A stretch of 64,000 nucleotides of DNA from Longimicrobiales bacterium (GTDB lineage: Bacteria > Gemmatimonadota > Gemmatimonadetes > Longimicrobiales > Gaopeijiaceae). The notes under the pieces are model-generated. The model saw only the letters and a list, made by a program, of their open reading frames with translations, had not been told where the DNA came from and ran no database searches. The stretch is from contig CBDCKN010000017.1 in assembly GCA_965218295.1 (NCBI GenBank), positions 1-64,000 on the forward strand. Reading direction: 5' to 3'. Position numbers and translations under genes: made by a program. Positions 10,138-20,286 of the stretch are shown here, piece after piece; the stretch's first letter is position 1, and each line of letters starts with the position of its first letter.

Positions 10138-11640
10138 ATGACTGGATCGTTCCTGGGCCGGGCCGCCCTGGCTCTGGTGCTCGTCTTCCCGGGTCGGGCG
10201 ACCGCGCAGGAAATCGTGCCCGTAACCCTGAGCTTGGAAGAGGCCATCGAGATCGCACGCTCGAACAATCCCCGCTTCCAGGCGACGCGAAACGATGAGG
10301 CCGTAGCGGACTGGAACGTGAGATCCGCATATGGCTCGCTCTTCCCATCGGCCTCGACGAACTTTAGGCTCGCGTGGCAAGGCGCCGGTGAGCAGGTGTT
10401 CGGAAGCCTGACCGCGGAGCAGCTCGGCTTCGCGAACCAGCCGTCGTTCGTCTTCTCGAACTACTTCCTGGGCCTGAGCTACAACATCGATGGCACAACG
10501 CTTCTCGCGCCAGGCCAGGCGAAGGCGAATCGGGTCGCCACGCGAGCGCAGGTGGCGGGAGCCGAAGCCGAGCTCGTCTTCCAGGTGACGCAGGGTTACA
10601 TCGAGGTGCTCCGCCAGACCGAGGAGGTGCGCGTCTCGGAGCAACAGCGGGAGCGGGCGCGCTTCAACCTCCGGCTCGCGCGGGCCCAGCTTGGGGTGGG
10701 GACCGCCACCGCGGTGGATGTCGCCCAGGCCGAGGTGGCGTCGGGGCGAGCCGAGGTCACCGTGCTCAAGACGACGAACGCCCTGGAGACGGCCCGCATC
10801 CGCCTTCTCCAGCAGATGGGAGTCGACCTCGACAGCCCCTTCGTTCCCACGACGCCATTCGTGCTCTCGGAACCACTCTGGAGCCGGGACGAGCTCTACA
10901 ACCTGGGGTTGGAGAGCAACCCGAATCTTCGGTCGCTTCGAGCCGGCCGGTCGGCCAGCAGCTACGGCGTGAAGATGGCCAAGAGCACCTACCTTCCGAC
11001 CCTGAGCTTCAGTGCCGGAATCAGCGGCTTCACACGTCAGACCTCGAGTCCGGCCTTTGAAATCCAACAGGCGGAGGTCCAGGCTCAGGGCTCCGTGCAG
11101 AACTGCCTCTTCGCCAACGATCTCTTCGAGCGGCTGGCCGATCCGTTGCCGACTCAGGATTGTTCGTCCTTCGCGTTCACCGACGAAGCCGCGCGGCGCA
11201 TCGAGGACGGGAACAGGTCGTTCCCCTTCGACTTCACCACCCAGCCGGCCTCGGCCGCACTAACCATCAGCTTGCCGCTGTTCCAGGGCTTTAACCGCCA
11301 GCGCCAGGTGGCGGAAGCTCAGGTGCAGCTCGAAGACCTGGACTACGACCTCCGGGAGCAGGAGCTGGCCCTGCGGGCGGATATCGCGGCTACGCTGGCC
11401 ACGGTCCGAGCCGCTTACCGGGCCGCGTTGATCGAGGACCAGAATCAGATCGTCGCCGACGAGCAGCTGCGGCTGGCCCGGGAGCGCTTCAGCGTGGGCC
11501 TCGCCGCTTTCCTGGAGCTCTTGGAGGCCGAGACTCTGAAGGTCGAGGCAGACCGCGAGCAGATCGCCGCTATTTTTGCGTACCACGACTCGCTGGCCAG
11601 CCTGGAGGCGGTGGTCGGGGGGTCCCTTGGCTTACAGTGA
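10138..11640 (+). CDS. TolC-family outer membrane efflux protein
   Basis: Signal peptide, LSLEEAIEIARSNNP, two OEP-like repeats, ISLPLFQG; GGAGG RBS. Confidence 0.92.
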   Translation: MTGSFLGRAALALVLVFPGRATAQEIVPVTLSLEEAIEIARSNNPRFQATRNDEAVADWNVRSAYGSLFPSASTNFRLAWQGAGEQVFGSLTAEQLGFANQPSFVFSNYFLGLSYNIDGTTLLAPGQAKANRVATRAQVAGAEAELVFQVTQGYIEVLRQTEEVRVSEQQRERARFNLRLARAQLGVGTATAVDVAQAEVASGRAEVTVLKTTNALETARIRLLQQMGVDLDSPFVPTTPFVLSEPLWSRDELYNLGLESNPNLRSLRAGRSASSYGVKMAKSTYLPTLSFSAGISGFTRQTSSPAFEIQQAEVQAQGSVQNCLFANDLFERLADPLPTQDCSSFAFTDEAARRIEDGNRSFPFDFTTQPASAALTISLPLFQGFNRQRQVAEAQVQLEDLDYDLREQELALRADIAATLATVRAAYRAALIEDQNQIVADEQLRLARERFSVGLAAFLELLEAETLKVEADREQIAAIFAYHDSLASLEAVVGGSLGLQ

Positions 11641-11655
11641 GGCATCGAACAGCCC

Positions 11656-12921
11656 ATGACCGCTAATCGTAAATTGATCATCGGCTTCGTAATCGTCGCG
11701 GTCCTGGGCACTGCAGCGGCCCTGAGCGTGACCCACCGCCGTGACCGCGGTGTGCCGGTCCGCCTCGAGGAGGTGACTCGCATGGACCTGGTTGAGACCG
11801 TGACGGCGAGCGGCAACATCCGCGCAGGTCGCGTGGTGGACATCAGCTCCGACGTGTCCGCGAAGGTGGTCACGCTTCTGGTCGACGAGGGCGACGACGT
11901 GAAGGCCGGGCAGCTGCTGCTCCGCCTCGATCCGACCCAGTTCGCAGCGACCGTCTCACGGGCGAGGGCAGCCTTGAACCAGGCGCTCGCCCAGGAGCGA
12001 CAGCAAGAGGCCAGTCTCAAGCGTGCGAGGAGAGACTACGAGAGGGTCAGGAGCTTGTTCGAGACCGACTCGGTTCTGATCGCCCGTCAGCAGCTCGACG
12101 ATGCCGAGACCGAAGTGGAGCTGGCCATGCGGCAACTCGAGTCCCTTCAGTTCGGTGTGGCCCAGGCGGACGCCGCCCTCGAGGAGGCCAGCGAGAGGCT
12201 CAGCAAGACGATCTTCACGGCCCCCATCTCGGGCAAGGTGACCCGATTGAATGTGGAGGAGGGTGAGACCGTCATCGTCGGGACCATGAACAACCCCGGC
12301 AGCCTGGTCCTGACCATCAGCGAGCTGTCCCGGGTCGAGGCGGTCGTGGAGGTGGACGAGACCGATATCCCGTACGTCGAGGTCGGTGACAGCACCCTCC
12401 TCGAGCTCGACGCTTTCCGCGATCAGCTCTTCAACGGTGTGGTGACCGAGATCGGGAACAGCGCCATCCGGCCGCCCGCCTCGACGGCCGGTAGCGGACA
12501 GACGGCGGCCATCAACTTCGAGGTCGTCATCGCCATGGACGATCCGCCGGGAGGCGTCCGGCCCGACCTCTCGGCGACGGCGGACATCGTGACGGCCAGG
12601 AGCACGAACGCCCTTTCCATACCGATCATCGCCCTCACGGTACGGGCATCGGACGAAGGCGAGAATCAGGAGAGCCAGGATCTGGGTCCTGTGGGACGCC
12701 GCCAGAACACCGACGTCGAGGGTGTGTTCGTAGTGGTGGACGGCAAGGTCACCTTCACACCCGTGGAGATCGGAATCACCGGGCAGGAGCACTTCGAGAT
12801 CCTGAGCGGAGTCAGCGAAGGGGACACCATCGTTGCGGGCCCGTATCGGCAGATCCGGCAGCTCTCGACTGGAGACGCCGTGCGGGCACAAGACGACCGG
12901 AGCGGCAACGGCTCCTCCTGA
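11656..12921 (+). CDS. Efflux periplasmic adaptor (MacA-like MFP)
   Basis: N-terminal TM, VDEGDDVKAGQLLLRLD lipoyl-like motif, TIFTAPISGKV, VDETDI. Confidence 0.93.
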   Translation: MTANRKLIIGFVIVAVLGTAAALSVTHRRDRGVPVRLEEVTRMDLVETVTASGNIRAGRVVDISSDVSAKVVTLLVDEGDDVKAGQLLLRLDPTQFAATVSRARAALNQALAQERQQEASLKRARRDYERVRSLFETDSVLIARQQLDDAETEVELAMRQLESLQFGVAQADAALEEASERLSKTIFTAPISGKVTRLNVEEGETVIVGTMNNPGSLVLTISELSRVEAVVEVDETDIPYVEVGDSTLLELDAFRDQLFNGVVTEIGNSAIRPPASTAGSGQTAAINFEVVIAMDDPPGGVRPDLSATADIVTARSTNALSIPIIALTVRASDEGENQESQDLGPVGRRQNTDVEGVFVVVDGKVTFTPVEIGITGQEHFEILSGVSEGDTIVAGPYRQIRQLSTGDAVRAQDDRSGNGSS

Positions 12922-12940
12922 TCACCAGAGAGGGAGATTC

Positions 12941-14179
12941 ATGCAGTTCGCTGAAGGCGTTCGACTGGCTCTCTACCAGATCCGCACGGAGAAGCTGAAG
13001 AGCTTCTTCAGCCTGCTGGGGGTCATCGTGGGCGTCATGTTCCTCATCGTGGTAGTAAGCGTCGTCGAAGGCATGGACCGCTATATCCGGGAGGATCTGT
13101 CCTCCGTGGTGTTCGGCGTGAATACGGCGACCCTTCGCAGGTGGTCGGACGGACCCACCTTCAATGGTGGAAGCTCTCGAGCCCGGCTCCGGCGGCCTCG
13201 GATCACGTACGAGGACTGGCAAGCCGTCCAGGAGCAGATCACGGTGCCGGCCAGGGTTGGGGCCGAGAGTGAAACCGGCGGCGAGGTCGTCGCCGACAAT
13301 GGGCGGAAGGTGGAGAACGTCAATATCTCGGGCGTCTCGCCGGAGATCCTCCGGATCAGAGACCTGGCGGTCGAAAAGGGCCGTCCTTTCTCCCCTCAGG
13401 AGGCCGAGCGAGGAACCGCCGTCGTGATTCTGGGAGTCGACACCGCCGAGCTCTTGTTCGAGACGCTGGACCCCATCGGTCGCCGGGTACGCATACGCGG
13501 ATCCCCCTATCGCGTCGTCGGTGTTCTCGAGGAACAGGGCAGCCTGTTCGGCTTTTCCCTGGACAATCGGGTCATCGCCCCCGCACGCTCACCCATCCAA
13601 GCCGTGACGAATCCACGAGGCATCGTCGACCAGGTCGTGGCACAGTCTCTGGATCCGGCTGACCTCAGAGACCTCCAGCGCGAGATCGAGGGCATCATGC
13701 GGGCTCGAAGGCGCCTCCGACCCGCAGAGGAGAACAACTTCTCAGTGGAGACGGCCGACGAGACGCTGAGCTTCTGGGACCGGATCTTGCGGATCCTCTT
13801 CCTGGCTCTCCCCGGACTGGTGGGGATCTCTCTGGTGGTCGGGGGAATCGTCATCATGAACATCATGCTGGTGTCGGTCATGGAGCGTACACGGGAGATC
13901 GGCGTTCGGAAGGCCATCGGCGCCCGACGGCGTGACATCCTCAGCCAGGTGCTCATCGAGAGCATCACCCTGTCGGGCGTGGGCGCGGTGGTGGGGGTCA
14001 CCATCGGGGTCGGCCTTACGTACCTGGTGGCCACCTTCTCGCCGCTTCCTGCGGCCGTGGATGCCAAGTGGATCGCACTGGGCGTGTCGTTGGGACTGAT
14101 CGTGGGGATCGCCTCCGGCGTCTACCCCGCCTCGCAAGCCTCCAAGCTGGATCCCGTCGACGCGCTGAGGCACGAGTGA
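12941..14179 (+). CDS. MacB/FtsX-family ABC transporter permease
   Basis: KLKSFFSLLGVIVGV, VGGIVIMNIMLVSVMERTREIGVRKAIGA, LDPVDALRHE. Confidence 0.93.
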   Translation: MQFAEGVRLALYQIRTEKLKSFFSLLGVIVGVMFLIVVVSVVEGMDRYIREDLSSVVFGVNTATLRRWSDGPTFNGGSSRARLRRPRITYEDWQAVQEQITVPARVGAESETGGEVVADNGRKVENVNISGVSPEILRIRDLAVEKGRPFSPQEAERGTAVVILGVDTAELLFETLDPIGRRVRIRGSPYRVVGVLEEQGSLFGFSLDNRVIAPARSPIQAVTNPRGIVDQVVAQSLDPADLRDLQREIEGIMRARRRLRPAEENNFSVETADETLSFWDRILRILFLALPGLVGISLVVGGIVIMNIMLVSVMERTREIGVRKAIGARRRDILSQVLIESITLSGVGAVVGVTIGVGLTYLVATFSPLPAAVDAKWIALGVSLGLIVGIASGVYPASQASKLDPVDALRHE

Positions 14180-14180
14180 C

Positions 14181-15440
14181 ATGAGCCGTCTGAGCACGCT
14201 GGACGAGGGCGTATCCATCGCTCTCGACTCCATCCGGGCCAACAAGATCCGCTCCAGCCTCACCATCCTCGGAGTCTCCATCGGTGTGGGCGTGGTGATG
14301 ATGATCGCGGCCATGGTGACCGGCATCCGGGAGTCCATCATGGACGGCTTCGAGGCCGCAGGTCCGGAGAACTTTGCGGTGGTGCGCTTCGACTTCACCG
14401 GCGTCCGCATCTCGACGGGCAACCAGCGACCCCCCTGGTGGAACCAACCCCGCGTCGTGCCGGAAGAGGCGCAACGCCTGGCCCGGCTTCCGGGTGTGGA
14501 GGTGGCCCTCTACAACTTCAACTTCAACACAACCATGTCGGTGGACGCCAGCCGCGTGAACGGGGTTCAATCCAACGCCTATTCGTCGGGATGGCCCGCC
14601 TACACCCCCGGGTACTTCGTCGTAGGTCGCGACTTCACGCCCCAGGAGGTCCGGCAGTCCCGCCCCTTGGTCGTACTCTCCGTGCCGCTGGCAGAGAACT
14701 TGTTCGGTGACCTGGATCCCATTGGCCGCAAGATCCGCGTGAGCGCCAGGAGACGGGCTGTCAACGAGGCCTTCACCGTGGTTGGTGTGTTCCAGAACGA
14801 GGAGAACATCTTCAGCGCCGCCATCAAGCACTGGGCCATCTTCCCGTATAGCTCCGCCATGAAGAGGCTGAAAGCCTCGCACTGGCAGGCGGGGGTCTGG
14901 GTCGTTCCCCGTGACTCGGTGGCCCTGGCCGACGTCATGGATCAGGTCATAGGCGCCATGCGCTCCATGCGAAGGCTCCGGCCCATGGAAGAGAATGACT
15001 TCTCACTCCTTCGCTCGGACCAGATCATCGAGGCGTTCAACAAGTTCACCGGTGTATTTTTCCTGGTCATGCTCGCGCTATCGTCCGTCGGCCTGCTCGT
15101 GGGCGGGATCGGCGTCATCGGCATCATGATGATCTCCGTTACGGAGCGGACGCGGGAGATTGGCATCCGCAAGGCAGTAGGGGCGACCCGCCGGGAGATC
15201 CTCTGGCAGTTCCTGGTGGAGTCGGCGGTGCTCACCCTCCTCGGTGGAGCGACCGGGATGGCTCTCGGCGCCGGCGCCGCCAAGGCCGTGGCTGCCATGA
15301 CGCCGATCCCGGCGGTGGTACCCGTGTGGGCCGTGATCGCCGCCCTCGCCATGGCTATCGTGACCGGAGTCCTTTTCGGTATCGTCCCGGCGTACCGAGC
15401 ATCGCGCCTCGACCCGGTTCACGCCTTACGCTTCGAGTAG
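14181..15440 (+). CDS. MacB/FtsX-family ABC transporter permease
   Basis: NKIRSSLTILGV, VGGIGVIGIMMISVTERTREIGIRKAVGA, LDPVHALRFE. Confidence 0.93.
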   Translation: MSRLSTLDEGVSIALDSIRANKIRSSLTILGVSIGVGVVMMIAAMVTGIRESIMDGFEAAGPENFAVVRFDFTGVRISTGNQRPPWWNQPRVVPEEAQRLARLPGVEVALYNFNFNTTMSVDASRVNGVQSNAYSSGWPAYTPGYFVVGRDFTPQEVRQSRPLVVLSVPLAENLFGDLDPIGRKIRVSARRRAVNEAFTVVGVFQNEENIFSAAIKHWAIFPYSSAMKRLKASHWQAGVWVVPRDSVALADVMDQVIGAMRSMRRLRPMEENDFSLLRSDQIIEAFNKFTGVFFLVMLALSSVGLLVGGIGVIGIMMISVTERTREIGIRKAVGATRREILWQFLVESAVLTLLGGATGMALGAGAAKAVAAMTPIPAVVPVWAVIAALAMAIVTGVLFGIVPAYRASRLDPVHALRFE

Positions 15441-15499
15441 GCTCGCACTCTTCCTCTCGACCCGACTCAGGCTTTCGTCTCGGAAAAGGACACCCGCAC

Positions 15500-16225
15500 G
15501 TGAGCGACGCCCTGGACATCCTGGCTATCATGGCTCACCCCGACGACGCGGAGCTGTACTGCGGAGGAGCCTTGGCGAAGGCCGCAGCTGCCGGAGATCG
15601 GGTAGGGATCCTGGACCTCACCCGTGGGGAGGGCGGCAGCCAGGGGTCCCCAGAGGTCAGGGAGCAGGAGGCTGCAACAGCGGCGGAGGTGCTCGGCCTG
15701 GCCGTCCGAAGGAACGCGGGTCTCCGTGACTCCGGTCTCGCGAACGACCAGGAATCGCGGGAAAGAGTCGTCGGGCTCATCCGCGAGCTGAGGCCCCGCG
15801 TCGTCGTCACCCATTGGCGCGAGGGCCGGCACCCGGATCACCGGGTCGCCGCCCAGCTCGCATACGACGCGTCGTTCCTCGCAGGCCTGAGGAGCTATCC
15901 GGCTCCAGGGCAGGCTCATCGTCCGACGAAGGTGGTCCACAGCCTGCTGTTCCGTGAGGACGCACCTACCCCGTCCTTCGTGGTGGACATCACGGATCAC
16001 ATCGATACGAAGCTGGCTGCCCTGGCATGCTTCGAGTCCCAGTTCGAGGGCAAGACCACGGCAGGGGAGGCTTTCGGGGGAGGTGATCGTCCCCTTCTGG
16101 AGCAAGTGAAGGTCCAGTGCGCCCACCACGGGTCGCGGATTCGATGCGCATATGGAGAGCCGTACTGGACACGTGAAACGGTCGCCCTGGAGTCGCTGGG
16201 CAGCGACCGGGTGTCGACCTTCTAG
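15500..16225 (+). CDS. bshB1: Bacillithiol biosynthesis deacetylase BshB1 (PIG-L family)
   Basis: AHPDDAE, DLTRGE, RHPDH, FVVDITD motifs; GTG start after AAGGA. Confidence 0.82.
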   Translation: MSDALDILAIMAHPDDAELYCGGALAKAAAAGDRVGILDLTRGEGGSQGSPEVREQEAATAAEVLGLAVRRNAGLRDSGLANDQESRERVVGLIRELRPRVVVTHWREGRHPDHRVAAQLAYDASFLAGLRSYPAPGQAHRPTKVVHSLLFREDAPTPSFVVDITDHIDTKLAALACFESQFEGKTTAGEAFGGGDRPLLEQVKVQCAHHGSRIRCAYGEPYWTRETVALESLGSDRVSTF

Positions 16226-16366
16226 TGTGGTGTCCCAGAAGTTCGCGAGCCACCGAGAGCGCCGAGGCGCCGGATCCGGGGCACCCGCGCCGTTAGGCGT
16301 GGGTCAGGCGCGACGACGAGGAGCGTGCCCTCGACTGGCCGAGACACCTTGGCAACGGGACACTAG
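16222..16366 (+). mobile_element. MITE-like repeat, copy 2 (145 bp)
   Basis: CTAGTGTGGTGTCCCAGAAGT...CCTTGGCAACGGGACACTAG; each CTAG supplies the stop codon of one of the two convergent flanking genes. Confidence 0.88.
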
Positions 16367-16701
16367 ACCAGGCAGTGGACCTCCAAGAGCAACCTTCTCC
16401 AACTCGGCACCTCCGAGCTGTGGATCTTGACGGCCTGGGCTTTCGCCCCCCCACCCTTCACGAGCCAGGGCGCCAGCCAGGAGCTGATCTCCGAGGGCAG
16501 GTGCCCGAGGAGGTCTCCGCCTTCACGGTGCACCCACACCTCGGGCTCCTCCTGATCCGGGGGATCGGGGATGAGGTAGAGAGGCTCTCCGGTTTCCAGG
16601 CTCTGTAGATGTTTGTCACGGCCAGCGAAGACCATGCCGTGAACGGTAGCTCTGAATTGTGGGGGCCGTCCTTCCGGAAACGGCGGTGGCGTGCTGGTCA
16701 T
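16363..16701 (-). CDS. Stand-alone HIRAN domain protein
   Basis: VHGMVF...LETGEPLYLIPDP...VWVH...LLGHLPSEISSWLAPWL matches the HIRAN pattern. Confidence 0.75.
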   Translation of the reverse strand: MTSTPPPFPEGRPPQFRATVHGMVFAGRDKHLQSLETGEPLYLIPDPPDQEEPEVWVHREGGDLLGHLPSEISSWLAPWLVKGGGAKAQAVKIHSSEVPSWRRLLLEVHCLV

Positions 16702-16756
16702 CGAGGGTCGAGGCTGGGATCAAGGTTCACCGTTCTGGGGTCATTGGGTATCTTGT

Positions 16757-16771
16757 CGAACATACAGCGAG
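16757..16771. promoter_or_regulatory. Candidate operator CGAACATACAGCGAG
   Basis: Matches the motif upstream of recA at 62919-62933. Confidence 0.4.
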
Positions 16772-16822
16772 GCCCTGGTTCGCCGAAACGGCCCCCCTCG
16801 CTTCACGGCTTCACGGAAACGC

Positions 16823-17980
16823 ATGCGACCGATCTATCTCGACAACGCAGCCACGACCCCTGTCCGAGATGAGGTGCGTGACGCGATGTTGCCGATTCTC
16901 CAGGAGGACTTCGGGAACCCGTCCAGTGCCCACACCTGGGGTCGCCGAGCATCCGCTCGGTTGGAGGAGGCCCGGGAGCGAGTGGCCGATGCCCTGGGAG
17001 CCCGCCGAGGCGAGATCTACTTCGTCCGTGGCGGCACCGAGTCGGACAACCTGGCGATTCTCGGTCGGGCGGAGGCGGTACGGGCCAAGGGGGAGTCCCC
17101 CTATGTGGTCATCACCGCCATCGAGCACCGCGCCATACTCGAGGCGTCGGCCAGGGTTCCAGAGCGAGGTGGGCGGCGCACCGTGCTCTCCGTCCGACCC
17201 GACGGTACGGTGGATCTCGACGCCCTCGAGCGAGCCTTGGAGGACAGGCCCGCAGTGGTGTCCGTGATGACCGTGAACAACGAGGTGGGCATCCACCTAC
17301 CCGTGGAAGAGATCGCCGAGCGCACCCGAGCGCATGGGGTGACGCTCCATACGGATGCGGTCCAGGCCATCGGTAAGGTCCCCGTCCGCGTGGACACCGT
17401 TCCCGCAGATCTCCTCACGCTCACCGGACACAAGATCTACGGCGCTAAGGGCACGGGAGTGCTCTTCGTACGAGAGGGGGTGGAGGTGGCCCCCCTTCTC
17501 TTCGGCGGAGGGCAGGAACACGCACTGCGGCCGGGAACCGAAGATGTGGCCGGCGCCGTCGGCATGTCCGTTGCCGTGGATCTGGTGGTGCATGAGCGGG
17601 AGTCCGAAGCCCCCAGGCTCCGCGCCCTGCGCGACGGCCTCCAAGAGCGCCTGCAGGACGGGCTCGACGACGTCAAGGTGCATGGAGAAATGGCGCGCCG
17701 CGCCCCTCACATTCTCAACGTGGGGATCCCCGGAGCGGACCCGCAGCTTCTTCTGGCCGGTCTGGACATGGAGGGGATCGCGGCCTCAGCCGGCTCGGCG
17801 TGCGAGAGCGGAGGCAAGGGAGGTAGTTACGTGCTCGAGGCCCTCTACGGCGCCATGGACGATATGGCGGCCCTGCGTTTCAGCCTCGGTCGCTCCACGA
17901 CGGAGGAGGATATCGTCCGCGTTGCCGAGGCGACCATCTCGGTCGTGGCGAGCATCCGAAACCTGGCTGCGTCGACATGA
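16823..17980 (+). CDS. iscS: Cysteine desulfurase (IscS/NifS family)
   Basis: IYLDNAATT, GNPSSAH, HTDAVQ, GHKIYG, SAGSAC; overlaps mnmA start. Confidence 0.93.
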   Translation: MRPIYLDNAATTPVRDEVRDAMLPILQEDFGNPSSAHTWGRRASARLEEARERVADALGARRGEIYFVRGGTESDNLAILGRAEAVRAKGESPYVVITAIEHRAILEASARVPERGGRRTVLSVRPDGTVDLDALERALEDRPAVVSVMTVNNEVGIHLPVEEIAERTRAHGVTLHTDAVQAIGKVPVRVDTVPADLLTLTGHKIYGAKGTGVLFVREGVEVAPLLFGGGQEHALRPGTEDVAGAVGMSVAVDLVVHERESEAPRLRALRDGLQERLQDGLDDVKVHGEMARRAPHILNVGIPGADPQLLLAGLDMEGIAASAGSACESGGKGGSYVLEALYGAMDDMAALRFSLGRSTTEEDIVRVAEATISVVASIRNLAAST

Positions 17981-19095
17981 AGGCCAAGCGCATCCTGGTC
18001 GCCATGTCGGGTGGCGTCGATTCGTCCGTGGCGGCGGCCTTGCTGGTTCAGGCCGGTCACGAGGTTGTGGGCGCCACCATGAAGACATTCTGCTACTCCG
18101 AGAGTGATGCCCCGTCCAAGACGTGCTGCGGGTTGGATGGCATCGCAGACGCTCGCCGGGTCGCCGACACTCTTGGCATGCCCCACTACGTCTTCGACGT
18201 CGAGGAGGACTTCACCCGGGACGTGATCGACGACTTCGTCTCGGAGTACGCCCGGGGTCGCACGCCCAACCCCTGCGTTCGCTGCAACTCCAACACGAAG
18301 TTCCAGGACCTGATGGAACGGGGACGTGCGCTGGGTTGCGACGGCATCGCGTCGGGACACTACGTCCGGATCGAGCACCTGGCCTCGGGCGACTCCACCC
18401 TTCACCGTGGGATCGACCGCGGAAAGGATCAGTCGTACTTCCTGTGGGGACTTCCGAAGGAGATGCTCCCTCTACTCCACTTCCCCCTCGGGGAGCTCAC
18501 CAAGCCCCGGGTGCGGGAGCTGGCGCGAGAGCTCGCCCTCACGACCGCGGACAAGCCCGAGTCCCAAGAGATCTGCTTCGTTCCCACGGGTGACTACAGG
18601 GATCTCTTGGGCACCCGACTCCGCTCGACGCACCCCGCGCTGGAGCCCGGCCTCCTGGTGACCTCGAGTGGCAAGGTCCTGGGCGAGCACAGTGGCTATG
18701 CGAACTTCACCGTAGGGCAGCGCAAGGGTCTCGGTGGCGGGTTCGACGAGCCCCTCTACGTCATCGAAATCCGCGCAGACACCAGGGAGGTGGTCGTGGG
18801 CACCAGTGAGGAGTGCCTCTCACCCGGCGTCGCGATCGGAGAGGTCAACTGGTTGGGCCTGCCTCCTCCCGAGGGCTCACGCATCCGGGTACAGATCAGG
18901 TATCGTGCTCCGGACGTTTCTGCCCTGGCTCTTTCTGTGGGGGAGAGCATGGTGCTCGCCTTCGACGAGCCTCAGCACGCCGTAACCCCCGGGCAGTCAG
19001 CGGTCTTTTTCGACAAGGAGCGGGTCCTTGGCGGCGGTCGCATCGCGCGGGCGATGAGGGGTGTGGAGCTGGAAGTCGGCGCGCCGACGGGGTAG
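17977..19095 (+). CDS. mnmA: tRNA 2-thiouridine(34) synthase MnmA
   Basis: AMSGGVDSS, TPNPCVRCN, KDQSYFL, ESQEICF, TPGQSAVF. Confidence 0.97.
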   Translation: MKAKRILVAMSGGVDSSVAAALLVQAGHEVVGATMKTFCYSESDAPSKTCCGLDGIADARRVADTLGMPHYVFDVEEDFTRDVIDDFVSEYARGRTPNPCVRCNSNTKFQDLMERGRALGCDGIASGHYVRIEHLASGDSTLHRGIDRGKDQSYFLWGLPKEMLPLLHFPLGELTKPRVRELARELALTTADKPESQEICFVPTGDYRDLLGTRLRSTHPALEPGLLVTSSGKVLGEHSGYANFTVGQRKGLGGGFDEPLYVIEIRADTREVVVGTSEECLSPGVAIGEVNWLGLPPPEGSRIRVQIRYRAPDVSALALSVGESMVLAFDEPQHAVTPGQSAVFFDKERVLGGGRIARAMRGVELEVGAPTG

Positions 19096-19143
19096 CCGGC
19101 GATACCTCTCGTTCCGCCCGCCGGTCGATAGCGGAGCGGGGCG

Positions 19144-20265
19144 CTAGTGTTTCAGGCCCGATGAGGACGCGAAGACTTCCATGGCCTGCTGCTGCTCTTC
19201 GGTGAGCTCCTCGGGAATATCCACCATCACCTCGACGTACTGATCACCGACGCGCCCACCCTTCTGCACGCCCTGTCCGCGAATACGGAACTTAGTCCCG
19301 CTCTGGGTACCGGGCGGGATGCGGAAATGGACCTTTTTCCCATCCACAGTCCTTACCGCCATCTTCGATCCCAGGGTGGCCTGGGCCAGGTTGATCGGCA
19401 CCGTCACATGGATGTCGAGCCCCTCTCGCTGGAAGAAGTCGTGGGGCTTGACCTTGAAGGTGATGATGAGATCGCCAGGCTTTCCACCCTGACTACCTCG
19501 CTCTCCCTGGCCCGACGCCCGGATCTTCGATCCCGTCTCCACACCCTTCGGGACAGTGATCTGGATCCTGCGGTCCTGACGGACCGACCCGCTGCCGGCA
19601 CACGACTTACAAGGCCTCTCGGGAATGCGGCCCCGCCCGAAACAGGCCGGACAAGGTCGGTTGACCGCAAAGCCACCCTGCCCGAACGAGATGGACCCGC
19701 TCCCGGAGCACTCGGTGCAGCGCTTGGTCCCCGTCCCTGGTGAAGCTCCCGACCCACCACAGGTGGCGCACTCCTCCGTGATGGGAACTTCGATGGAGAT
19801 CTTTCCGCCGTAGACGGCGGTTTTGAAGGAGATCTCCACCACGTACTCGACGTTCTGTCCTTTTCTCGGTCCCTTCGGCTTGGGCGAATCAGGCCCCTTC
19901 GACCCGCGATCGAATATCGAGCTGAAGATATCCCCGAGACCTCCAAACCCCTGGAGATCCTCGAAGGAAAAGCCACCCCCCGGCTGAGTCTCGAAACCAC
20001 CTCCCCTGGGTGCCGCCCGTCCCCTGCCGAAGCCGAAGCTCGAGAGTCGCCGCATGTTGTCGTACTGCTTGCGCTTCTCCGGATCGGACAGCACGCCGTA
20101 GGCCTCTCCGACCTCCTTGAAGCGCTCGTCTGACTTGGCATCCCCCGGATTCGCGTCGGGATGGTACTTCTTGGCGAGCGTACGGTACGTCTTCTTAATC
20201 TCTTCCTGACTCGCTTTGTCCGAGACCCCGAGGGTCTTGTAGAAGTCCTTGGTCGCAGTCGACAC
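19144..20265 (-). CDS. dnaJ: Chaperone DnaJ
   Basis: J-domain HPD, G/F-rich region, four CxxCxGxG repeats. Confidence 0.96.
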   Translation of the reverse strand: MSTATKDFYKTLGVSDKASQEEIKKTYRTLAKKYHPDANPGDAKSDERFKEVGEAYGVLSDPEKRKQYDNMRRLSSFGFGRGRAAPRGGGFETQPGGGFSFEDLQGFGGLGDIFSSIFDRGSKGPDSPKPKGPRKGQNVEYVVEISFKTAVYGGKISIEVPITEECATCGGSGASPGTGTKRCTECSGSGSISFGQGGFAVNRPCPACFGRGRIPERPCKSCAGSGSVRQDRRIQITVPKGVETGSKIRASGQGERGSQGGKPGDLIITFKVKPHDFFQREGLDIHVTVPINLAQATLGSKMAVRTVDGKKVHFRIPPGTQSGTKFRIRGQGVQKGGRVGDQYVEVMVDIPEELTEEQQQAMEVFASSSGLKH

Positions 20266-20286
20266 GAATTCTCCGCTGTCCTTGGG

